The position numbers and the translations under genes are program-made. From Vulcanimicrobiota bacterium (GTDB lineage: Bacteria > Vulcanimicrobiota > Vulcanimicrobiia > Vulcanimicrobiales > Vulcanimicrobiaceae), in contig PLCF01000008.1 in the NCBI GenBank assembly GCA_003135555.1, positions 1-46,894 on the forward strand: DNA of 46,894 nucleotides. Reading direction: 5' to 3'. Shown here piece after piece: positions 9,921-18,098 of this stretch (positions are counted from its first letter, which is position 1; every line of letters begins with the position of its first letter). The notes below the pieces were generated by a model. That model had not been told where the DNA came from, did no database searches, and saw nothing but the letters and a program-made list of their open reading frames with translations.

Positions 9921-12068
9921 ATGCTGCTCGAGCGCCAGACCATCGACCAGGCCGCGGTGCGCGCGGTCCTCGAACGCGTCAAAGCCGACAACCGCAGCGC
10001 GCTGAGCGCGCCCGAGGCCAAAGAGGTCGCGGACGCGTACGGCCTGCCCGTTCCGCAAGAGGGTCTGGCGACGTCGGCCGACGACGCGGCTCGGCTGGCC
10101 GAGAAGATCGGCTTCCCGGTCGTGCTCAAGATCGTCTCGCCCGACATCCTCCACAAGACCGAGGCCGGCGGCGTTTTGGTCGGGGTCGAGAACGCGCAAG
10201 CCGTCCGCAGCGGCTACGATACGATCGTCGCCAACGCGCGTACGTATCAAAGCGACGCCAAGATCAGCGGCGTCCAAGTACAGCAGATGCTGCCGACCGG
10301 TGCGCAGGAAGTCATCGTCGGCGCGGTCACCGACCCGAGCTTCGGCAAGCTGGTCGCGTTCGGTCTGGGCGGCGTGCTGGTCGAAGTCCTCAAGGACATC
10401 ACCTTCCGCCTCGCGCCGGCGTCGCGCGAGGACGCGCTCTCGATGCTCGACGGCATTCAGGCCGCCGAGATGCTCAAGGGCGTACGCGGCTCCCAACCGG
10501 TCGACCGTGAGGCCCTCGCGACCATCATCGAGCGCGTCTCGCAGCTGGTGAGCGATTTCCCCGAGATCAGCGAGGTCGACCTCAACCCGGTGTTCGCGAC
10601 CCCGCGCGGCGCGACCGCGGTCGACGTGCGCATCCTAGTCGACTTCAACCCGCCGCCGCAACGCTATCGTCCGTCGCAAGACGAGATCGTGCGAGCGATG
10701 AACCGGATCATGCGGCCCGATTCGGTCGCCGTGATCGGTGCGTCGAGTGAAGACGGAAAAATCGGCAACTCGGTGATGAAGAACCTCATCAACGGCGGCT
10801 ACAAGGGCCAGATCTATCCGATCAATCCGAAAGCCAACGAGATCCTGGGCTACAAGGCGTACGCGTCGGTCAAGGACGTTCCGGGCGACGTCGACGTGGC
10901 AGTGTTCGCGATCCCGGCAAAATTCGTCGCCGCCGCCTTGATCGAATGCGGTGAGAAGAAGGTCCCCGGAGCGGTGTTGATTCCGTCGGGCTTCGCCGAA
11001 ACGGGCAACGAAGAAGGGCAGCGCGAGATCCAGGTGATCGGGCGCAAGTACAACGTGCGCATGATGGGGCCGAACATCTACGGCTTCTACTACACGCCCA
11101 AAGATCTGTGCGCGACCTTCTGCACGCCCTACGACGTGAAAGGCAGCGTCGCACTGTCGTCGCAGAGCGGCGGCGTCGGGATGGCGATCATCGGCTTCAG
11201 CCGCTCGGCGAAGATGGGCGTCTCGGCGATCGTCGGCTTAGGAAACAAAGCCGACATCGACGAGGACGACCTGCTGACGTTCTTCGAGCAAGACGACGCG
11301 ACGCAGGCGATCGCGATGCACATGGAAGACCTCAAGGACGGCCGCTCGTTCGCCGACGTCGCCAAGCGCGTCTCGAAGAAGAAGCCGATCTTGGTGCTCA
11401 AGGCCGGCCGTACCGCGCTCGGCGCGCGGGCTGCCAGCTCGCACACCGGGGCGCTGGCCGGCAACGACAAAGTGTACGACGACGTGCTGCGGCAGAGCGG
11501 CGTGATTCGTGCGCGCGGGCTCAACGAGCTGCTGCAGTTCGCCCGCGCGGTGCCGATCCTCCCGACCCCCAAGGGCGAGAACGTCGTGATCATCACCGGA
11601 GCGGGAGGCTCGGGCGTCCTGCTCTCCGATTCGGTGGTCGACGCGGGGCTGACGCTGATGAAGTTCGAGCCCGACCTCGACGAGGCGTTCAAGAAGTTCA
11701 TCCCGCCGTTCGGCGCGTCGGGAAACCCGGTCGACATCACGGGCGGCGAACCGCCCAAGACCTACCAGAACACGATCCGTCTGGGGCTTGAGGACGATCG
11801 CATCCACGCGCTCATCCTGGGCTACTGGCACACGATCGTCACGCCGCCGATGGTCTTCGCTCGGCTCGTCGTCGAAGTGGTGGAGGAGTTCCGCGCCAGG
11901 GGCATCGACAAGCCCGTCGTCGCGTCGCTGGCCGGCGACGTCGAAGTCGAAGAGGCCAGCGAGTACCTCTTCGACCACAAAATCCCAGCCTATCCGTACA
12001 ACACCGAGACGATGGTCGCCGCTCTGGGCGCGAAGTACCGGTGGGCCCGTGCGGCCGGCCTCCTGTAG
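9921..12068 (+). CDS. ADP-forming acyl-CoA synthetase (acetate--CoA ligase family), ATP-grasp domain first
   Basis: KIVSPDILHKTEAGGV, VAVIGAS, MGPN, SQSG, ASSHTGALAG (phospho-His), NPVDITG. Confidence 0.9.
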   Translation: MLLERQTIDQAAVRAVLERVKADNRSALSAPEAKEVADAYGLPVPQEGLATSADDAARLAEKIGFPVVLKIVSPDILHKTEAGGVLVGVENAQAVRSGYDTIVANARTYQSDAKISGVQVQQMLPTGAQEVIVGAVTDPSFGKLVAFGLGGVLVEVLKDITFRLAPASREDALSMLDGIQAAEMLKGVRGSQPVDREALATIIERVSQLVSDFPEISEVDLNPVFATPRGATAVDVRILVDFNPPPQRYRPSQDEIVRAMNRIMRPDSVAVIGASSEDGKIGNSVMKNLINGGYKGQIYPINPKANEILGYKAYASVKDVPGDVDVAVFAIPAKFVAAALIECGEKKVPGAVLIPSGFAETGNEEGQREIQVIGRKYNVRMMGPNIYGFYYTPKDLCATFCTPYDVKGSVALSSQSGGVGMAIIGFSRSAKMGVSAIVGLGNKADIDEDDLLTFFEQDDATQAIAMHMEDLKDGRSFADVAKRVSKKKPILVLKAGRTALGARAASSHTGALAGNDKVYDDVLRQSGVIRARGLNELLQFARAVPILPTPKGENVVIITGAGGSGVLLSDSVVDAGLTLMKFEPDLDEAFKKFIPPFGASGNPVDITGGEPPKTYQNTIRLGLEDDRIHALILGYWHTIVTPPMVFARLVVEVVEEFRARGIDKPVVASLAGDVEVEEASEYLFDHKIPAYPYNTETMVAALGAKYRWARAAGLL

Positions 12069-12164
12069 GGCTCGGCCGCCCACTCCGCGGAAGAAGATTC
12101 CTTCACTACGCTTCGAGAAGAAGATTTCTGACCCAAAACAGCACGGCTACATTGAGGGGAGCAT

Positions 12165-13481
12165 ATGACCAGCTCGATGGCACTGGCGCCCACTAGCCCG
12201 CTTCGAAATCGTTGGCTTCAACTGTTTCTTGGCATCGTCGCCATGATCATGATCGCCAACCTGCAGTACGGGTGGACACTCTTCGTTAATCCGATCAAGG
12301 ACAAGTTCGCGTGGTCGACAGCGGCCATCCAAGTGTCCTTCACCGTCTTCGTCGTCGTCGAGACCTGGCTGGTCCCGGTCGAAGGCTACATCATCGATCG
12401 CTTCGGTCCGAGCGTCATCACGATCGTCGGCGGGGTTCTCGTCGGCATCTCGTGGGTGATGTTCTCGATGGCCACGTCGCTGTGGACGTTCTACATCGGC
12501 GCGGCGATCGGTGGTATCGGCGCCGGCATCGTGTACGGCTGCACGGTGGGTCAGGCGCTGAAGTGGTTCCCGGATCGCCGCGGGCTCGCGGCCGGGCTGA
12601 CCGCGGCAGGTTTCGGCGCCGGCTCCGCGATCACGATCGTGCCGATCGCGCAGATGGTCCAGAGTAGCGGCTACCAGCACACCTTCCTGGTCTTCGGTAT
12701 CATTCAGGGCATCGTCGTCGTGCTGGTCGGCATCATCCTGCGCGCGCCGCTGCCGGGTGAAGTGCCACAAGCCATCGCTTCGACGGCGCTCAAACAGACG
12801 CTGCGCGATTTCAAACCCGGCGAGATGCTCAAAACGCCGCTGTTCTACGTCATGTACTTGGCGATGCTGTGCGTCGCGATCGGCGGCGTCATGGCGACCG
12901 CGCAGCTTGCCCCGATCGCCAGGGACTACATCGTCGACGAAGTCCCGGTCAAGGTGCTGTTCTGGATCTTGCCCGCGCTGCAGTGGGCGCTGGTCTTCGA
13001 CCGCGTGCTCAACGGCCTAGCGAGGCCGGCCTTCGGCTGGCTCTCCGACCAGATCGGTCGGGAGAACACGATGTTCATCGCATTCGGCAGTCAGGCGCTC
13101 ATCATCTTGCTGTTCATCAAGGTCGCCGCGATCCCGATGCTGTTCGTGGTCATGTCGGGCCTCGTGTTCTTCACCTACGGCGAGATCTTCAGTCTGTTCC
13201 CGTCACTGAGCGCCGATACGTACGGCCGCAAGTTCGCAACCACGAACTACGGCTTTCTCTACACAGCAAAGGGGACGGCCGCGCTGCTCGTCCCGTTCGC
13301 GAACATCATCAAAGACGCAACCGGCAGTTGGGTACCGATCTTTCAGACCGCGGCGGCGTTGAACGTCTGCGCGGCGCTGATCGCCATGTTCGTCATCAAG
13401 CCGATGCGCGCCCGAAAGGCACGAGACGAGGCCGGCCTCACCGGCGGTCCCGGGATCACTCCAGCCCCCGCCATACCGTAA
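12165..13481 (+). CDS. oxlT: Oxalate/formate antiporter (OFA family MFS)
   Basis: ANLQYGWTLFV, KWFPDRRGLAAG, GEIFSLFP, NYGFLYTAKG with the OxlT Lys. About 12 TM segments. Confidence 0.92.
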   Translation: MTSSMALAPTSPLRNRWLQLFLGIVAMIMIANLQYGWTLFVNPIKDKFAWSTAAIQVSFTVFVVVETWLVPVEGYIIDRFGPSVITIVGGVLVGISWVMFSMATSLWTFYIGAAIGGIGAGIVYGCTVGQALKWFPDRRGLAAGLTAAGFGAGSAITIVPIAQMVQSSGYQHTFLVFGIIQGIVVVLVGIILRAPLPGEVPQAIASTALKQTLRDFKPGEMLKTPLFYVMYLAMLCVAIGGVMATAQLAPIARDYIVDEVPVKVLFWILPALQWALVFDRVLNGLARPAFGWLSDQIGRENTMFIAFGSQALIILLFIKVAAIPMLFVVMSGLVFFTYGEIFSLFPSLSADTYGRKFATTNYGFLYTAKGTAALLVPFANIIKDATGSWVPIFQTAAALNVCAALIAMFVIKPMRARKARDEAGLTGGPGITPAPAIP

Positions 13482-13495
13482 GGAAGAGGTATTCT

Positions 13496-14311
13496 ATGAA
13501 GTTGCTTTTACGTTCCGCGGTTGTCGCATCGGCATGCGCCCTGGGCCTGACGTCGATGCCCGCACCGGCTGCCGACAAAGTCGAACTCACGGCCGAAGTC
13601 GCCTCGAGCGTCAGGCCGCCGTTCGAACAGTTCGTCAAGATCTACGAATCCAAACACAAGGACATCACGATCAAGACGAAGTTCGGTGGTGGCGGGCCGA
13701 TCCAAGCCGATGTCGAAGGTGACAACCCGATCGACATCGTCGTTGTGGGCAAGAACCAGACCGACAAAGTGACCGCGCACATCAACACGCCGGTCGCGGT
13801 TTTGACGAACCGCGAAGTCCTGATCGTTCGCCGGGGCGAGACGAAGGTGAAGAGCCTCAAGGACCTCGCGAACCCCGGCATCAAGGTCGGAATGGCGAAC
13901 GGCGCGGGCTCCGCAGTCGGAACGCTTGCACGGCAGATGCTCAAGAAAGCCGCCGACGATCCTGCCTTCGGCGCGGATTTCCCGGTGAAGGTGCGCGGTA
14001 ACTCCCCGGCCTACTTCGAGAAACTGCAGTCGGAAGAAGAAGTGATGGCGGGCCTGGAAGCGGGACAGGCCGACGTGGCGATCGGTTTCGTCTCGTCCGT
14101 CGACCCGTCGAAGTTCGTGGCCATCCAAATCCCGGAAAAGTACAACATCGACTCGGTGTACTACATCTTCATCCCGAAGTCGGCGAAGCATCCGAAGGAA
14201 GCGGCCGACATGATCACGCTCATGACCAACGCTCAGGGCAAGGCGATCCTCCACAGCCATCGCTACCTGCCGGCGCCGTCGGGCGCCTACGTCCCGCCGC
14301 CCAAGACCTGA
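13496..14311 (+). CDS. ModA-like molybdate/tungstate substrate-binding protein
   Basis: Signal peptide, VASSV, FGGGG, SLKDLANPGIKVGMA, ADVAIGF. AAGAGG upstream of the ATG. Confidence 0.7.
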   Translation: MKLLLRSAVVASACALGLTSMPAPAADKVELTAEVASSVRPPFEQFVKIYESKHKDITIKTKFGGGGPIQADVEGDNPIDIVVVGKNQTDKVTAHINTPVAVLTNREVLIVRRGETKVKSLKDLANPGIKVGMANGAGSAVGTLARQMLKKAADDPAFGADFPVKVRGNSPAYFEKLQSEEEVMAGLEAGQADVAIGFVSSVDPSKFVAIQIPEKYNIDSVYYIFIPKSAKHPKEAADMITLMTNAQGKAILHSHRYLPAPSGAYVPPPKT

Positions 14312-14321
14312 CCTCAGGGCA

Positions 14322-14378
14322 CGCAGCGACGAGCGAAGGGCGCGCGCACCGCAAGGTGCCGCGCCTTTCTCGTTTGCG
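14322..14378 (+). terminator. Long hairpin ending the oxalate operon
   Basis: GAAGGGCGCG-C-GCACC-GCAA-GGTGC-CGCGCCTTTC with a GNRA loop and a T-rich 3' side. Confidence 0.6.
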
Positions 14379-14415
14379 GTAGGCGCTTTCACGCGGTACG
14401 CCGCATTCGGACCGC

Positions 14416-15315
14416 ATGCGCGCGCTGCTCGTTGCCGTTGCATTCGCGCTCGTTCCGACGCTGGCGCCGGCAACGCCGCCCGCGATGCAGCGTCCCACGC
14501 ACTGGTCGCACGACGTGCACGCGTACCTCGCGTTCGTCGGCGGGTTTCCCGGCGAGGAGAGTTCGGTCGAGGCATACATCGTCACGTATCACGGCGAAGT
14601 CGAGCCGTTCGAGGTCGATCCGGCGAAGGTTCACGTCGACCGCGCCGCGGTCGACGGGCACGTCGAGCGTCGGGATGTCGGCCGCATCGGCGGTCTGCGG
14701 TCCTGGTCGCCCGCGTCGGACTATACGACGCACGCCCAGCTGAGCGTCGTGGTCCCGCGCTCGATGCTGCGGCGCGGGATGCAGCTGCTCGTGTTGCGCC
14801 TCGAGCCCGGCACCGTCACCCGCGGCGGAGCAGCCCAGACCTTCGCGGCTGAGGACGAGCCGCTTGGCCGCCGTTCCCGTCGTGTCTACGTCCCCGAGCC
14901 GGACACCGGGCCAGCCGCCGTGGCCGATCTCAGCGGGGCCGACGTCACGACCCGCGAGACGCTGCGGCTGCACTGTGACCTGCCGGCGGACTTTGTCGCG
15001 TGGTTCGACGCGCAGCCCGACGCGCGGTTTCGGATCGCCACGGTGACGCGCGAGATCGGTCACGCTGCCGTGCTGCAATTAGAAACGGATGCCGGCCGGA
15101 CCTGGAACTCAACCTACAAAGCACTCGACCCGTTACACGTGAGGATCGATCGGAATCACCGGCCGCCGGTGGGGCAGCCGACGGTCGTGTCGCGACGCTT
15201 TCCGCCGGCCGGTCCGCCGCCGCGCCGGACGGGGCCGGACGTCGACCACTGCACGCCGCTGGAGTTTTTCGCGGCCGACCGTGCGGACCTGGGGCGAATG
15301 ATCGCGCTTCCCTAG
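14416..15315 (+). CDS. Hypothetical secreted protein
   Basis: Signal-like N-terminus MRALLVAVAFALVPTLAPA. Fills the gap between genes; no recognised family. Confidence 0.6.
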   Translation: MRALLVAVAFALVPTLAPATPPAMQRPTHWSHDVHAYLAFVGGFPGEESSVEAYIVTYHGEVEPFEVDPAKVHVDRAAVDGHVERRDVGRIGGLRSWSPASDYTTHAQLSVVVPRSMLRRGMQLLVLRLEPGTVTRGGAAQTFAAEDEPLGRRSRRVYVPEPDTGPAAVADLSGADVTTRETLRLHCDLPADFVAWFDAQPDARFRIATVTREIGHAAVLQLETDAGRTWNSTYKALDPLHVRIDRNHRPPVGQPTVVSRRFPPAGPPPRRTGPDVDHCTPLEFFAADRADLGRMIALP

Positions 15316-16589
15316 CGGTCGTAAGCGCGGCGGAACGTCGTGTACACGTAGGGGTAGTCGAAATAGAACCAATTGCGGAACGAGCGCCGGATCATCGTCG
15401 GCGCAGTGACCGGCGAGGCACCCTTCATCACGTAGTGCATGCCGTCGAAGAAGTCCGCGGAGTAGCGCGGATAGGACGCCATCGGCGCGAATCCTTCGAA
15501 CGGCGCAAACGGCGTCGCTGTCCACTCCCAGCCGTTGCCGATCAGGTCGTGCACGCCGAACGCGCTCGCGCCCTGCGGGGACGAGCCGACGGGTTCGGGG
15601 TCGAATCGGCGCCAGCCGAAGTTGCCGTGACGGCCGGGGTCGGGCGCGGTATCGCCCCATGGTTGCGCCCGCTCATCGCCGCCGGGCGTGCCGTACGCGG
15701 CGCGTTGGTATTCCGGCTCGGTCAACAGGCGCGCGCCGCTCCAGCGCGCGAACGCCGCGGCCTGCTCCTGCGTGCAGTACACCGGCCAGGATTTCGGCAG
15801 CGGCAGATCCTCGAAGCATCCCAGCAGCATGAACTCCCCGTCGCGCTCGAACCAGAAGGCCGGGACCGGCCCACCGGCCCGCACGAACTCGAGGTACTCG
15901 GCGTTGGTCACCTTGTATGCGTCGACGGCGAACGCCGGGACGTCGACGACATGCTCGTCGAACTCGTTGTCCCAACCGAAGGCGATTGCATCGCGGCGCG
16001 CGCCGAGCGTCGCGACTCCGGAAGCGATCGCGATGGGATCGCGGCGCGCCGGCATGACGTCGCGGTGCACGCCCCGCGGGCCGCGCTGCTTCGGGCGCGC
16101 CAGCCGGTGGATGATGTAGGTCAGCGTCTCGTGGTGCATCTCCTCGTGCTCGAGGATGTTGTGGGCGGCCTGCGCGTGCACGAGGCGCGGGTTCGACGCA
16201 TCGTCGAGCTGCGCGTGCGCAAACGCGTCGAGGACCGCGGCGTCGCAGGCGGCGCCGAACGCTTGCACCGCGGCGCGATCCGGCCAGCCCGTGCGTTGGA
16301 GCTCCGCTGCGGCGGCGACGTCGCGCGGATCGATTCCGCGGTCGAAGAGCTGCTCCAACCGTGCGTCGATCGAAGGGCGGCCCAGCGCGTCGCGCACCAG
16401 CGTATAAAACGAGAACGCCGGGATGTGTCCGTCGTAGAAAATGAACGGGTTTCGAAGCGGGAGCGGCCGTTCGAGGTATGCCTCGGGCGCAAGCAGTCCG
16501 AACAGGTCAGCGGTGCGGCGGCGGTTGGCGCGATAACGCGCTGCGAACGCCTCCCGGTCGAGGGCTCCGGCGGGAGCGAGCGTGTCCAC
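15312..16589 (-). CDS. Non-heme iron sulfoxide synthase-like protein (EgtB/Egt1/OvoA family; DinB_2 + FGE-sulfatase domains)
   Basis: PLRNPFIFYDGH and EHEEMHHET (3-His iron site), RLLTEPEY, DLIGNGWEWT, RRSFRNW. GTG start at 16589. Confidence 0.85.
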   Translation of the reverse strand: MDTLAPAGALDREAFAARYRANRRRTADLFGLLAPEAYLERPLPLRNPFIFYDGHIPAFSFYTLVRDALGRPSIDARLEQLFDRGIDPRDVAAAAELQRTGWPDRAAVQAFGAACDAAVLDAFAHAQLDDASNPRLVHAQAAHNILEHEEMHHETLTYIIHRLARPKQRGPRGVHRDVMPARRDPIAIASGVATLGARRDAIAFGWDNEFDEHVVDVPAFAVDAYKVTNAEYLEFVRAGGPVPAFWFERDGEFMLLGCFEDLPLPKSWPVYCTQEQAAAFARWSGARLLTEPEYQRAAYGTPGGDERAQPWGDTAPDPGRHGNFGWRRFDPEPVGSSPQGASAFGVHDLIGNGWEWTATPFAPFEGFAPMASYPRYSADFFDGMHYVMKGASPVTAPTMIRRSFRNWFYFDYPYVYTTFRRAYDR

Positions 16590-16633
16590 GCCCGCGCTTT
16601 TACCCGGCCGCACGGCGATTCCCGCGCGACCGC

Positions 16634-18067
16634 CTAGACGCTGAGGTAGGGGTGCAGGCCGGCGACGCCGCCTTCGCGCCCGAAGCCCGACTCGCGGTAG
16701 CCGCCGAAGGGTGAGCTGGGATCGAACTGGTTGAAGGTGGAGCACCACACGACGCCGGCCTGCAGCCGCTGCGCGACGTACATCGACTTTGAGCCCTTGT
16801 CGGTCCACACGCCCGCCGAGAGGCCGTAGGGCGTGTTGTTGGCCTTCTCGATCGCTTCGTCGGCGGTGCGGAAGGTCATGATCGAAAGCACCGGGCCGAA
16901 GATCTCCTCGCGCGCGATGCGGTGCGACTGCGAGACGCCGGTGAAGAACGATGCCCGGTGGAAGAAGCCGCGCGCCGGCAGCGCGCACGACTGCTGGTAG
17001 AGCACCGCGCCTTCGGCGACCCCGCTCTGGACGAGCTCGCTGATCTTGGCGTGTTGCGCCGCGGAGTTTATCGCGCCGATGTCGGTGTTCTTGTCGAGCG
17101 GATCGCCCAACCGCAACGTCTCGATGCGCGCCTTGAGCTTGTCGACGACCTCGTCGTGCACCGATTCCTGCACCAGCAGACGCGAGCCGGCGCAGCAGAC
17201 GTGACCCTGATTGAAGTAGATCCCGGTAACGACGCCCTCGATCGCTTGGTCGAGCGGTGCATCGGCGAACACGATGTTGGCCGCTTTTCCGCCCAGCTCG
17301 AGCGTCATGCGCTTGCGCGTTCCGGCGACGGTCTTCTGGATGATCTTGCCGACCTCGGTCGAGCCGGTGAACGCGATCTTGTCGATCCCCGGATGCGCGA
17401 CGAGCGCGGCGCCGGTGCGGCCGTCGCCGGTGAGGATGTTGACGACGCCCGGCGGCAGCTCCGCCTCTTCGCAGATCTCCGCCAGCAGCAGCGCGGTGAG
17501 CGGCGTCGTCTCGGCCGGCTTGAGCACGATCGTGTTTCCGCAGGCGATCGCCGGCGCGATCTTCCAGGCCGCCATGAGCAGCGGGAAGTTCCACGGGATG
17601 ATCGAGCCGACGACGCCGACCGGTTCGGGGTGCTCGCTGCCATGGATGGCGTAGCGCAGCTTGTCGGCCCAGCCGGCGTAGTAGAAGAAGTGCGCGGCGG
17701 CTTGCACCACGTCGAAATCGCGCGACTCCTTGATGGGCTTCCCGCCATCCATGGTTTCGAGCACCGCGAGCTCGCGCGAGCGCTCGGTGATCGCGCGCGC
17801 GATGCGGTACACGAACTTCGCGCGATCGGCCGGGCGCATCGGGCGCCAGTAGCGCTCGTAGGCTTCGCGGGCCGCGGCGACGGCGCGCTCGACGTCCTCG
17901 GGCGTGCCCACGGCGACCTGGGCCAGCTCTTCTTCGGTCGCGGGGTTCACCGTCGCGAAGGTTTGGCCGCTCGACGACGGCACCCACCGGCCGCCGATGA
18001 AATGGTCGTACCGGGCCGCGATGCGGACCGGCGTGGATTCCAGCGCTGGGGCATAGGCGAGTGCCAT
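16634..18067 (-). CDS. Aldehyde dehydrogenase (deoC-associated type)
   Basis: PWNFP, KPAETTP, FTGSTEVG, LELGGK, FNQGHVCCAGS, EEIFGP. Confidence 0.95.
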   Translation of the reverse strand: MALAYAPALESTPVRIAARYDHFIGGRWVPSSSGQTFATVNPATEEELAQVAVGTPEDVERAVAAAREAYERYWRPMRPADRAKFVYRIARAITERSRELAVLETMDGGKPIKESRDFDVVQAAAHFFYYAGWADKLRYAIHGSEHPEPVGVVGSIIPWNFPLLMAAWKIAPAIACGNTIVLKPAETTPLTALLLAEICEEAELPPGVVNILTGDGRTGAALVAHPGIDKIAFTGSTEVGKIIQKTVAGTRKRMTLELGGKAANIVFADAPLDQAIEGVVTGIYFNQGHVCCAGSRLLVQESVHDEVVDKLKARIETLRLGDPLDKNTDIGAINSAAQHAKISELVQSGVAEGAVLYQQSCALPARGFFHRASFFTGVSQSHRIAREEIFGPVLSIMTFRTADEAIEKANNTPYGLSAGVWTDKGSKSMYVAQRLQAGVVWCSTFNQFDPSSPFGGYRESGFGREGGVAGLHPYLSV

Positions 18068-18098
18068 GGACGAGACTTCGGCGGGCGCGCTGGGCGGC

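Noticed and set aside
15312..17987. Apparent 891 aa ORF suggesting a large fusion
   Set aside because: The first 466 codons overlap the ALDH gene in another frame; the real protein starts near 16589.
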